From Candidatus Fermentibacteraceae bacterium (GTDB taxonomy: Bacteria > Fermentibacterota > Fermentibacteria > Fermentibacterales > JCC-6): a stretch of 64,000 bases of DNA. Both the position numbers and the translations under genes were made by a program. Positions 1-8,796 of the stretch are shown piece after piece; the first letter of the stretch is position 1, and the number at the start of each line of letters is the position of its first letter. The notes under the pieces are model-generated. The model worked only from the letters and a program-made list of their open reading frames with translations. It did no database searches and was not told where the DNA came from. The stretch lies in the NCBI GenBank assembly GCA_027067855.1, contig JAMOUX010000011.1:12528-76527 (forward strand). Reading direction: 5' to 3'.

Positions 1-3000
1 GGCCACCACTTCTTCGGCTCCCGCCCCGCGGGCCAGCAGCGCCACTCTCGCCCTTTCCACCACGTTCTTCACGGGTTCGGGAGGCTCGCCGTACCTGTCC
101 TCCAGGTAGGAGCGCCAATCGTCCAGGATATCTTCGCTACCCGCGGTCCAGATGCACCTGTAAACCCTGACCCTCTCGGTGACATCGGGTATGTACCACG
201 GCGGTATGAACGAATCGCCGGGAATCTCCACCCTGACCTCTTTTTCCGGGGCGCTCCCGCTTCCGCCGAGCGCCGCGGCCTCCTCCCTTATCAGTTCCTC
301 GAACATGGAGTAACCGATGGAAGTGATCTGGCCGTGCTGGGAAGAGCCCAGCAACTCTCCGGCCCCCCTCACCTCCAGATCCCTCATGGCTACGTTCCAT
401 CCCGATCCGAGTTCCGTGAACCTCCTTATGGCCGATAACCTGCTCCTCGCCTCCGGAGTGAGTTCGGTTCCCTGGCGGACCACCAGGCAGCAATACGCCT
501 GGTGGTGGCTTCTGCCGACTCTTCCCCTGAGCTGGTACAGGTCGGCGAGGCCGAAGGTGTGAGCCTGGTCTATGATTATCGTGTTCACCCTGGGCAGGTC
601 CAGGCCGGACTCGATTATGGAAGTGCAGAGGAGCACGTCGTACCTGCCCAGCATGAAATCGTGCATGACCTCTTCCAGTTGTTTCGCCCCCATCCTGCCG
701 TGAGCCGTCACCGTCCTGACTCCGGGAAGCATGGAATCGAGTTTCTCCTTCATGTCTCCTATGGAAGCTATCCTGTTGTGCACGAAGAAAACCTGGCCGT
801 CTCTCTCCAGTTCCCTCTTCACCGCCCTGGAAATGATTCCGGCATCGAAAGGCACCAGTTCGGTGTGAACGGGATACCTGTCCCTCGGCGGGGTGGTTAT
901 CAGGGATATGTCCCTGAACCCGGAAAGCGCCATGTGGAGGGTTCGGGGAATCGGCGTGGCCGTCATGGTGAGGGTATCCACATCCGCCCGGAGTTCCCTG
1001 AGCCGCTCCTTGTGGGCGACTCCGAAACGGTGTTCCTCGTCCACCACCAGGAGGCCCAGCCTGTGAAACCTGACTTCACTCCCCAGGAGCCCGTGGGTTC
1101 CTATTATCACGTCCACCTCGCCCAGGGCGAGGCGTTTCAGTATCTTTCTCCGCTCGCTTCCGGTCCTGAACCTGCTGAGCATTTCCACCACCACCGGAAA
1201 CTCGGCGAGCCTGTCCCTGAAAGTATTGTAATGCTGCTCGGCAAGCACCGTGGTGGGTACCAGGACCGCCGCCTGGAAACCCGCTTCCACTACGCGGTAC
1301 GCCGCCCTGATCGCCACTTCGGTCTTCCCGAAACCCACGTCTCCGCATACCAGCCGGTCCATGGGATGTTCCGACTCGAAGTCCTTCATCACGCTCTCGA
1401 TGGTCTTCAACTGGTCAGGGGTCTCCTCGTAGGGAAAACTCTCCGAGAGCACCCTGAAACCGTGTCCGGGCGGCGGCAGGGGCGGCCTTCCGGCAACTCT
1501 TCTCCTGGCGTAGAGCGCCGCAAGCCTGCCGGCTATCTCCCTGGCCTTCTTCCTGGCCGTCGCCAACCTGTTGTCCCATGCCTCGCCGCCTATCCTGTCC
1601 AGTTTGGGTTGAGACCCCTCCGGAGCCTGGAATTTCTGAACCGTGCCTATTTCGTGAATCGGTACCAGCAGCCTGTCCCCGTCCCTGTAACGTATTACGA
1701 GGCAGTCCAGTACCGCTCCCGAAGTCTCAACCTTCTCAAGCCCCTCGAAACGTCCTATGCCGTGATTCCGGTGCACCACGATATCTCCCGGAGAAATCTC
1801 GGTCACATCGGAAAGCCCCTCGCCTCCCCTGTATCTCCTTTTCCTCTCCGGCCTCCGCCTTCCCGAGAGCAACATCCTCTCGACCAGGACCGCCAATCCT
1901 TTTCCGGGCATTCGAAAACCTTCGTGGAGAGATAATACGCCGGTCTCCAGGCGCATGTTCCCGGGTATCATGTCCAGGAATGTCTCCTCCTCCGCCCCGG
2001 TGTCGCACTGCACCGCTATGCGCATACCACGGTCGAGGTCGTGCCGGAAACTTCTCAGCATCTCCTCCACGTGCCCGGTAAAACCTACCTGCGGAACCGT
2101 TTCGTAATACACATCCACCGACTCTCCGGGAAAGGACACGAATTTCACGGTCCTGCGTTCCTCCAGCATGCGTCCCAGCTCTTCCTCCCGGAACACCAGG
2201 TCGTGAAAAGGAAAGGGAACCCCGGCGGGATCGTAGTTTTCACGGTAATACGAAACAGTCTCCCGCAGCGCGTCCCGAACGGCATCCGGTTCAAGGAGCA
2301 GCACCGTGCCGTCGGAACCCACGTAATCCAGTATGCCCGCGCACTTATCGGTGAACACGGGAAGGTAATACTCTATCCCGGGAAAATCGGTGGTAGTCCA
2401 CAGTTTCTCGCTCAGGGGGCTGTCTTCGGGAACCGCCTCCATCGCCCTGTTCCAGTGCTCCGGAAACAGCAACGCCTCCCTGGCGGGCAATATCCTGCAA
2501 CGCTTCACTTCACCGATGCTCCTCTGGGAGACCTGGTCGAAAAAACGTATCGATTCCAGGGTATCACCGAAAAATTCCAGCCTGACCGGATTTTCCAGGC
2601 CGTAGGATCCGATGTCGATTATCCCGCCCCTACGGGCCCATCTCGCCTGCTCCCAGACCCCTTCCTCGCGCCTGTAACCCGCCGCCGTGAGCCATTCCTC
2701 CAATTCTTCCATGGGGATGGTCATTCCCTTTCCGAGTTCCATGCAGGAAAAGTCTCCGGGGGGAGGCACCTTCTTCACCAGGGAAGCCGCGGGCGCGACC
2801 ACCATGCACCTCTCTCCGGATTTCAGGGCGGCCATGCATTCTATCCTGTCCGCCACCACCCCGGGATGCGCGGGTTCACCTGCGAAAGGAAGCGTCTCGT
2901 ACGGAGGGAAGTAATATGCCCGCCCAAGTATTCCTTCCAGGTCGTCCCGGAGATTTTCCGCCAGGGAGATTCCGGGAACCACCAGGACGGTGGGACCGGC

Positions 3001-3147
3001 GAGCCTGTGCACGGAAGCGGCGGCGAAGGAAACCGCCGACGAGCATAATCCGCCCACGGTGGTCGATCCTGATGCCGCGAGCCGGGTAAGCAGTTCGTCG
3101 AAAACACCGTCCCAGAAAAACTCGTTCCTCACCCATCCATGATCCAT
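1..3147 (-). CDS. mfd: Transcription-repair coupling factor Mfd, C-terminus beyond the left window edge
   Basis: Reverse-complement translation gives MDHGWVRNEFFWDGVFDELL... at 3147 and the GDVGFGKTEVAIRAA Walker A motif near 1330. Downstream helicase motifs include DEEHRFGV, TMTATPIPRTL and LLCTSIIESGLD, followed by a TRG-like QLRGRVGRS motif. It is not in the ORF track because it runs off the window. The plus ORFs 502..1935 and 2041..3048 are its antisense. Confidence 0.85.
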   Translation of the reverse strand, partial: MDHGWVRNEFFWDGVFDELLTRLAASGSTTVGGLCSSAVSFAAASVHRLAGPTVLVVPGISLAENLRDDLEGILGRAYYFPPYETLPFAGEPAHPGVVADRIECMAALKSGERCMVVAPAASLVKKVPPPGDFSCMELGKGMTIPMEELEEWLTAAGYRREEGVWEQARWARRGGIIDIGSYGLENPVRLEFFGDTLESIRFFDQVSQRSIGEVKRCRILPAREALLFPEHWNRAMEAVPEDSPLSEKLWTTTDFPGIEYYLPVFTDKCAGILDYVGSDGTVLLLEPDAVRDALRETVSYYRENYDPAGVPFPFHDLVFREEELGRMLEERRTVKFVSFPGESVDVYYETVPQVGFTGHVEEMLRSFRHDLDRGMRIAVQCDTGAEEETFLDMIPGNMRLETGVLSLHEGFRMPGKGLAVLVERMLLSGRRRPERKRRYRGGEGLSDVTEISPGDIVVHRNHGIGRFEGLEKVETSGAVLDCLVIRYRDGDRLLVPIHEIGTVQKFQAPEGSQPKLDRIGGEAWDNRLATARKKAREIAGRLAALYARRRVAGRPPLPPPGHGFRVLSESFPYEETPDQLKTIESVMKDFESEHPMDRLVCGDVGFGKTEVAIRAAYRVVEAGFQAAVLVPTTVLAEQHYNTFRDRLAEFPVVVEMLSRFRTGSERRKILKRLALGEVDVIIGTHGLLGSEVRFHRLGLLVVDEEHRFGVAHKERLRELRADVDTLTMTATPIPRTLHMALSGFRDISLITTPPRDRYPVHTELVPFDAGIISRAVKRELERDGQVFFVHNRIASIGDMKEKLDSMLPGVRTVTAHGRMGAKQLEEVMHDFMLGRYDVLLCTSIIESGLDLPRVNTIIIDQAHTFGLADLYQLRGRVGRSHHQAYCCLVVRQGTELTPEARSRLSAIRRFTELGSGWNVAMRDLEVRGAGELLGSSQHGQITSIGYSMFEELIREEAAALGGSGSAPEKEVRVEIPGDSFIPPWYIPDVTERVRVYRCIWTAGSEDILDDWRSYLEDRYGEPPEPVKNVVERARVALLARGAGAEEVVA

Positions 3148-3165
3148 GCCGGAACTCTCCACGGG

Positions 3166-4569
3166 CTATTCGCCCTCTGCCGAAACTTCTTCTCCGCGGG
3201 ACATGGGCAGGTTACCACCCGTCATCCTGTTCCAGATCTCCTCCAGAACGGACAGCTGGGCGAGGAACAGTTCCAGTTCTTCCCCCTCCAGCGGGTCGGC
3301 GGGGGGAACTATCTCGGAAGACGGATTAACGTAAGCTCCGTTCTTCTTCATCTCGAAGTGAACGTGGGGACCTGTGGAGAGGCCGGTGCTTCCCACGTAC
3401 CCTATCACGTCACCCTGCCTCACGTGGGTGCCGACCTCCTGGCCCCGGGCGAAACGACTCATGTGACCGTAACCGGTTTCGTAGCCGTTGGCATGCCTTA
3501 TCCTCACGATGTTGCCGTAGCCGCCGCTCCAGCCGCGGAACGTTATCACGCCGTCACCCACGGCGTATATCTCCGTTCCCATGGGAGCCGCGTAATCGAT
3601 ACCCCGGTGAACCCTGGTATATCCCAGGACGGGATGCATGCGGGCATCGGAATAGGGAGAACTTATTCTTCCGAAGGGCACCGGCATCTTGAGGAACATG
3701 GTCCTCAGTGACGCTCCGTTTCCGTGGTAATAATCCAGCAGCACCACCGTCCCGGAAGGCGCCGGCGGCTCCGCGGCGTGGAAGAACGGCAGGGCCTCGG
3801 TCATGCCTCCCAGGGAGAACACGTACTTGGCCGCGATTATTCTGCCGAAAGACGTCTCGTTCGACGCCGGGTACCTTATCTCTTCCAGGAGCACCCAGAT
3901 GCTGTCGCCGGGCCGGACGTCGTAATAGAAATCGATGTCGTAGACGAACAGCTTGTTGGCCAGGTTGTTCTCGAAGTTCTTTATGTATGCGACCCTTCTC
4001 ACGGAGTCCCTGGCGGTGACCACACGGCCCGTGGGGGTCAGGTCGCCGGGTACTCCGTTCCCCGCTATGCTTTCCCAAACGGTGCTTTCCACCTCGAGAA
4101 CGACCGCCCTGAGTCGGCGGTAATTCTCCTCGGGCACCCATCCCCATCCGACCGGAGTCCCGGTGCTGTCGAAATCAATGCTGTAACAACCCCTGCCGTT
4201 CCTCGGCCTTCCGAGAACCCTGCTCAACCTGCCCCTGGTGTAAACCGATTCGAGAGTATCGCCCACCCTGACCGAGGTCCATCCGAGGCTGTCCATGAAA
4301 ATATCGCAGCAGTCCAGGTAGCGGGAACCCTCCACCCCGGTTTTGAACAGGAGTCCTCCCAGGGTTCCTCCTTCGCCCACGCAAGCCGTCCTCACCTCCA
4401 GCGTGTCCGCCAGGACGGCGGAGACGGAATCCCTAAAGTCGGCCAAGCCGTCCATGTACCGCCGGAAAGTCCACGACCCGCCGGCTTCACCGTTATAAGG
4501 TCTGCGAAACAGGAGCGTGGCGCCCACCGCAGCCACGAAAAGCATCACCACCAGTGTTTTCGATCTCAC
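3166..4569 (-). CDS. M23 family peptidoglycan metalloendopeptidase (LytM-like) with N-terminal signal/TM segment
   Basis: C-terminal HRGIDYAAPMGTEIYAVGDGVI ... GYGNIVRIRHANGYETGYGHMS ... GYVGSTGLSTGPHVHFEM is the classic M23 HxxxD/HxH signature. The N-terminus has a hydrophobic stretch (LVVMLFVAAVGATLLF). ATGA overlap with the upstream gene. Confidence 0.85.
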   Translation of the reverse strand: MRSKTLVVMLFVAAVGATLLFRRPYNGEAGGSWTFRRYMDGLADFRDSVSAVLADTLEVRTACVGEGGTLGGLLFKTGVEGSRYLDCCDIFMDSLGWTSVRVGDTLESVYTRGRLSRVLGRPRNGRGCYSIDFDSTGTPVGWGWVPEENYRRLRAVVLEVESTVWESIAGNGVPGDLTPTGRVVTARDSVRRVAYIKNFENNLANKLFVYDIDFYYDVRPGDSIWVLLEEIRYPASNETSFGRIIAAKYVFSLGGMTEALPFFHAAEPPAPSGTVVLLDYYHGNGASLRTMFLKMPVPFGRISSPYSDARMHPVLGYTRVHRGIDYAAPMGTEIYAVGDGVITFRGWSGGYGNIVRIRHANGYETGYGHMSRFARGQEVGTHVRQGDVIGYVGSTGLSTGPHVHFEMKKNGAYVNPSSEIVPPADPLEGEELELFLAQLSVLEEIWNRMTGGNLPMSRGEEVSAEGE

Positions 4570-5753
4570 CGCGTCCCGTTTCCTCCCCCGGTTCCGAATA
4601 TCCTGCCGAACAGGGATCTGATCTTGCCCAGATAACGCGGAGGAGGCGGCTTAACCGCCGGCTCCCGTAGTCGTTCCATCATGCCCTCCAGGTCTACGTT
4701 TTCCCGGATCAACCTTACTATCCGGTCTATCTTCGGGGTTTCGCCGGGCTCCACCTTGAATACCCGGCGGTTCAGGATGGAGATGGAATCACCGGCGCTC
4801 TTCTCGGTGTGATACAGTGGTATCCCGACCTCGTGGAAACCCCGGCCCAGAGCCCGGGCCTTCTCCTCGGACCCGCCGCAGAGTACCACGGCGCCGGGAC
4901 CTTCACCGAGAATACCGGACAGTTTCCTGGCTACGATGGCATCCAGTACCTCTTCCCTGCCGGCCGACAGGAGCAGCACGCTTCCCGGGCCGGCCGCTAT
5001 CTCGTCCAGTATTTCCCCGGTTCCGCCGAAGCCGGCGATGAACCCCTCGACGCTCCCCGCTCCCGGTTCCGCGTGAAAACCCAGTTCACGCCCCATCATG
5101 CCCAGGGAAGGCCTGCACAGGTCGCCTACGTACGGTATGTAGCCGAAAACGGTGATCCCGAGCTTCGCGAACCAGGGATCCAGGTATTTTTTCACCTTGT
5201 CGAGCTTGCCCTCGGCCACTCGGTTTATCACCACTCCCAGTATCGGGACCGATTCCTCCCTGAACAGACTGCTGCAAAGAGTGAAGCGGTCTATGGTGCT
5301 GCCTATCCCCGCTTCCAGGATCATGAGCACCGGCAAACCCAGCAACCTAGCAACCCCGGCGTTGCACATGCCGAACACCGATCCCACCCCGGGATGTCCG
5401 GTACCCTCCACCACCACCATCTCCGACATGGAGGACAGTTTCTTGTAGGCTTTGACGACACGTCTCTTCAACCCGGGGGGACCGCCGCTCTCGATGTACT
5501 CCCTGGCGGCGCCGGAAGTCATGGTGAACGGCGCGGAGTACTCGAACGGCACGTCAAGCCCCAGCGAGGAGTTGACGAGGAACGTATCCTGCCCCACGGA
5601 CTTCCCGTCACGCAGAAGGGTTTTCTGCCCCAGCGGCTTCATGAAGGTGACCCTGCCTTCGAGCCTTTCTCCGAACCACGCTATGAGCCCCAGGCTGAGC
5701 ATGGTCTTCCCCGCATCCTTGTCGCTGCCGGCTACGTATATCCCCTTACTCAT
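4566..5753 (-). CDS. BioD-like P-loop plus DRTGG domain protein (phosphotransacetylase N-terminal-like, no PTA catalytic domain)
   Basis: MSKGIYVAGSDKDAGKTMLSLGLI P-loop resembles the BioD-like N-domain of class II Pta. The VLLLSAGREEVLDAIVARKLSGILGEGPGAVVLCGG region resembles a DRTGG domain. The track ORF starts at 5798, but the start was moved to the second Met (5753) because of overlap with upp. Confidence 0.55.
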   Translation of the reverse strand: MSKGIYVAGSDKDAGKTMLSLGLIAWFGERLEGRVTFMKPLGQKTLLRDGKSVGQDTFLVNSSLGLDVPFEYSAPFTMTSGAAREYIESGGPPGLKRRVVKAYKKLSSMSEMVVVEGTGHPGVGSVFGMCNAGVARLLGLPVLMILEAGIGSTIDRFTLCSSLFREESVPILGVVINRVAEGKLDKVKKYLDPWFAKLGITVFGYIPYVGDLCRPSLGMMGRELGFHAEPGAGSVEGFIAGFGGTGEILDEIAAGPGSVLLLSAGREEVLDAIVARKLSGILGEGPGAVVLCGGSEEKARALGRGFHEVGIPLYHTEKSAGDSISILNRRVFKVEPGETPKIDRIVRLIRENVDLEGMMERLREPAVKPPPPRYLGKIRSLFGRIFGTGGGNGTR

Positions 5754-6382
5754 CGGAACCCTTTCCAGGGCGGCCGAACAGGCGATCCCCGAAGTCACCC
5801 AGCCCGGGCAGGATGAAAAGATCAGCGTTCAATTCGCGGTCCACGGATACCGTTATGATCGTGAGGTTTTCGTATTCCACCAGGGCCTCCAGGCCCCGGG
5901 GAGCCGCCGTTATGCTTACCAGGGTCACGTGTTTCGTTCCCTTTTCGAACACATAGTTCACAACGGCCTTCGCGGTTCCGCCCGTGGCCAACATGGGATC
6001 CAGGACGATGGTGTTCCTTCCCGCGAGATCCGGAGAGGAATCGTACAGCCACCGCGGCTCGCCCGTTTCCTCGTCCCTCCGGACGGCCACGAACGCCGTT
6101 TCGGCGCCGGGTATCAGTTCGAGAAACGGCGGCAGCAGGCCCAGCCCAGCCCTCATCACCGGGACCAGCACCGGTGGTTCCGCGACCTTCTCGCCCATGA
6201 TGGTCTCCAGGGGAGTATCCACGCTCACGGGGACCGTTTCGATTTCCCTGGTGGCTTCCACGGCCAGCATGAAACCCAGCCTGTACGCAAGGGCTCGGAA
6301 ACGGTCCGGAGTGGTCCTCCGGTCCCTCATTTCGGTAAGCAGGGACCGGGCAAGGGGGTGTTCGAATTGTATGGTTTCCAAT
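5746..6382 (-). CDS. upp: Uracil phosphoribosyltransferase
   Basis: ETIQFEHPLARSLLTEMRDRRTTP..., VLVPVMRAGLG and DPMLATGGTAKAV (PRPP-binding) are typical UPRTase motifs. The track ORF runs to 6459 and overlaps tyrS. The likely true start is the TTG encoding LETIQ at ~6382, preceded by GGAG. Confidence 0.85.
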
Positions 6383-6476
6383 GTTTGCTCCGGTATTATG
6401 TTTGATGTTACGCGGGGTGAAACATAAGCACCACGACGTCGGTCTGCCAGTTTCAACACCGAAGGGAGATAGTGTC

Positions 6477-7709
6477 TTGAAGCTTCTCAGAAAACTCGGC
6501 GACAGAGGCCTGGTCTACCAGACGACGGCCGAGGAGAAACTGTCGGAACTCCTGGACAAACCGCCGCTGACTTTCTACATAGGTTTCGACGCCACCGCCG
6601 AAAGCCTCCACCTGGGACACCTGGTCCCGCTGATGGTGGCGAGGCACCTCCAGGAAGCCGGACACAGGCCCATAATAGTGGTCGGAGGAGGAACGGCCAT
6701 GGTGGGAGATCCTTCGGGAAGAAGCACAGAACGCACTTTCGAGGAAGCTGAAACCATCTCCGGGTGGGCGGAGTCGCTGAAAAGCCAGATCAGGCGCTTC
6801 GTGGATTTCGATTCCCGTGACGATCCCGCGCTCCTGCTGGACAACCGCGACTGGCTCTCCACCCTGGGGCACATAGAATTCCTGAGGAACGTGGGCCGTC
6901 ATTTCAGCGTGAACAGGATGCTGACCGCCGAATCCGTCAAGAAACGCCTGGAAACCGGGCTCTCGTTCCTGGAGTTCAGTTACAGCCTCCTCCAGGCATA
7001 CGACTTTCTGTACCTCTTTCGCGAATACGGCTGCACTCTCCAGGTGGGAGGATCCGACCAGTGGGGCAACATCGTGGCCGGCATAGAACTGGTAAGAAGA
7101 ACCCTGGGAAAAGAGGCGCTGGGGCTTACCTGTCCCCTGGTAACCACGACATCGGGTGAGAAGATGAGCAAGTCCCAGGCGGGAGGAGCCGTCTGGCTGG
7201 ATCCCGACCTGACCAGTCCCTACGATTATTACCAGTTCTGGATAAACGTGGACGACAAGGACGTGATCCACTTCCTCAAGCTCTACACCTTCATTCCCAT
7301 GGAGGAGATAGCCGAACTCTCCCTGCTTCGGGGCGCCGATATCAGGAAAGTAAAGGAAAAACTGGCTTTCGAAGCCACCTCCATAGTACACGGCCGCGAA
7401 GAGGCTGAAAAGGCCAGGAAAGCTTCCAGGGCCCTCTTCGGAGGAAAGGGCGCGGCAGACGAGGCCCCGGGGCTGGAAATACCAAGGGCGAGACTCGAAC
7501 AAGGGGTTTCCTACATCGACCTTTTCGTGGAATCCGGCTTGTGCGGCAGCAGGAGCGAGGTGAGAAGGCTTGCGTCCCAGGGCGGCCTATACGTCAGGGA
7601 TCGCAGGATAGAAGACCCGTCGGTGAGGCTTGAGCCGGAAACGACCCCGGAGAAATTCCTTCTCAGGGCCGGCAAAAAAAGATATCGCAGAATAGTCATA
7701 ACCGGCTGA
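6477..7709 (+). CDS. tyrS: Tyrosine--tRNA ligase
   Basis: HIGH-type motif (FDATAESLHLGHLVPL), KMSKS motif (GEKMSKSQAGG) and C-terminal S4 domain. The track ORF starts at 6381. An in-frame TTG at 6477 preceded by GGGAGAT, encoding LKLLRKLGDRGLVYQTT, matches canonical TyrS N-termini. Confidence 0.9.
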   Translation: MKLLRKLGDRGLVYQTTAEEKLSELLDKPPLTFYIGFDATAESLHLGHLVPLMVARHLQEAGHRPIIVVGGGTAMVGDPSGRSTERTFEEAETISGWAESLKSQIRRFVDFDSRDDPALLLDNRDWLSTLGHIEFLRNVGRHFSVNRMLTAESVKKRLETGLSFLEFSYSLLQAYDFLYLFREYGCTLQVGGSDQWGNIVAGIELVRRTLGKEALGLTCPLVTTTSGEKMSKSQAGGAVWLDPDLTSPYDYYQFWINVDDKDVIHFLKLYTFIPMEEIAELSLLRGADIRKVKEKLAFEATSIVHGREEAEKARKASRALFGGKGAADEAPGLEIPRARLEQGVSYIDLFVESGLCGSRSEVRRLASQGGLYVRDRRIEDPSVRLEPETTPEKFLLRAGKKRYRRIVITG

Positions 7710-7717
7710 CGGGTGCG

Positions 7718-7741
7718 GCGCCGAAACGCCGCACCGCATCT
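7718..7741. terminator. GC-rich hairpin between convergent tyrS and lipoprotein gene (GGTGCGGCG-ccgaaa-CGCCGCACC)
   Basis: Perfect 9-bp inverted repeat immediately after the tyrS stop. There is no clear U-tract on either strand, so it is a putative bidirectional terminator or RNA-stability hairpin. Confidence 0.4.
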
Positions 7742-7756
7742 ATCGGAATATTCCCG

Positions 7757-8239
7757 TTACCTGGATCCCCGGGAACCTTCGGAACGTCCTCCCCTGGTAC
7801 CGGAACCACTCCTGGAGGAACCCCCTCCCGACGACCTGCCGCCGGATCTGAGCACCATGTTCTTAACGTGGTCGATCTGTCCGGCGAGCGAGGCGTTTTC
7901 CGCCCGAAGGCTGTCCACGGTCGCTTCCAGGGATTCCAGGCGCTGGAGCAGCCCTTCCACGTCTTCCATGGTTATTTCCCGCGGTTCCACGGTCGCGCCT
8001 TCTTCAAGCCCGGACTCCATGGAAAGATGGGACAGTCCGCCTCCACCGGCCTCAATCGACTCCATTATCGCATCTATCTTGTCCTCAATGGAGTCGATTC
8101 TTTCCGTCATGCCGGAATCGAAATCGGAAGCGGCGGATTCCAGGTCGTCCATTCTTTTTTCCATCTCACCTATTCCGGGCACCTCGCATGCTCCCATGAA
8201 GAGAAGCGCGAGAACGACCGGCAAGTATGCGTATTTCAT
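7757..8239 (-). CDS. Hypothetical lipoprotein with coiled-coil region and C-terminal Arg/Gly/Ser-rich tail
   Basis: Signal peptide with lipobox (VLALLFMGAC). Central heptad-like acidic helices (LESAASDFDSGMTERIDSIEDKIDAIMESIE; LESLEATVDSLRAENASLAGQIDHV). C-terminal tail RSGGRSSGGGSSRSGSGTRGGRSEGSRGSR. ATGA overlap with the AMMECR1 gene. Confidence 0.5.
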   Translation of the reverse strand: MKYAYLPVVLALLFMGACEVPGIGEMEKRMDDLESAASDFDSGMTERIDSIEDKIDAIMESIEAGGGGLSHLSMESGLEEGATVEPREITMEDVEGLLQRLESLEATVDSLRAENASLAGQIDHVKNMVLRSGGRSSGGGSSRSGSGTRGGRSEGSRGSR

Positions 8240-8793
8240 CGAGATTCCTCCCTTTCGTCTATCTCCCTTATCACCTGCGCCGTATAGGTATACAGATCCA
8301 CGTCGTTCATCTTCCAGCAGTCCGGAGACAACCCGGCCTTCAGACAGGTATGGGCCAGGAGCGTCTCCCGGTCCCAGCCCTCCTCCGCAGCCACCTGGGG
8401 AAGCAAGGTGCCCGCCCTGTTTCCCCGCCTGATGTAAACTCCGTGTCTGCCGGGAACGACTTCTTCCGGCGACGACGGGACCATCGGACTCAGCAGGGAT
8501 ATCTCTATGTCGAGTTCGTCCACCTCCCCGGGACGGACCGGTGGAAACCTCGGATCCCCGGTAGCCGCTGCGGCCGCCATTTCCACCACGGTCTCACCCA
8601 GCGTACCTTTTCCGATGAAATGACCTATGCAACCCCTGAGCATGCCGTGCTTCTTCAGGGTTACGAACACCCCGCCCCTCCTATGGAATACTTCGTCGGG
8701 AGGCACGTCGGGCAGCCTGTCGCCGGACGCCGCCGCTTTCACCGCCCGCCTGGCGAGTTCCAGTAACTTTTTCCCATCTTCTCTCGAAACCAT
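8236..8793 (-). CDS. AMMECR1 domain protein (AmmeMemoRadiSam system protein A-like)
   Basis: GGVFVTLKKHGMLRGCIGHF... is the AMMECR1 core (LRGCIG motif). Confidence 0.85.
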   Translation of the reverse strand: MVSREDGKKLLELARRAVKAAASGDRLPDVPPDEVFHRRGGVFVTLKKHGMLRGCIGHFIGKGTLGETVVEMAAAAATGDPRFPPVRPGEVDELDIEISLLSPMVPSSPEEVVPGRHGVYIRRGNRAGTLLPQVAAEEGWDRETLLAHTCLKAGLSPDCWKMNDVDLYTYTAQVIREIDEREESR

Positions 8794-8796
8794 CCA

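Noticed and set aside
502-1935. Long plus-strand ORF (477 aa) and many similar large ORFs on the opposite strand of real genes (for example 2041..3048, 13481..14911, 16362..17594, 19064..20392, 33346..34617, 34343..35797, 36264..37544, 38805..40634, 40418..42205, 45236..46708, 52680..54038, 53852..55870, 59336..60493)
   Set aside because: Their translations are low-complexity and His/Arg/Pro/Gly-rich with no recognisable domains. Each lies exactly antisense to a well-supported gene (mfd, pilB, GH57 and so on). Long antisense ORFs are expected in a high-GC genome because stop codons are AT-rich.
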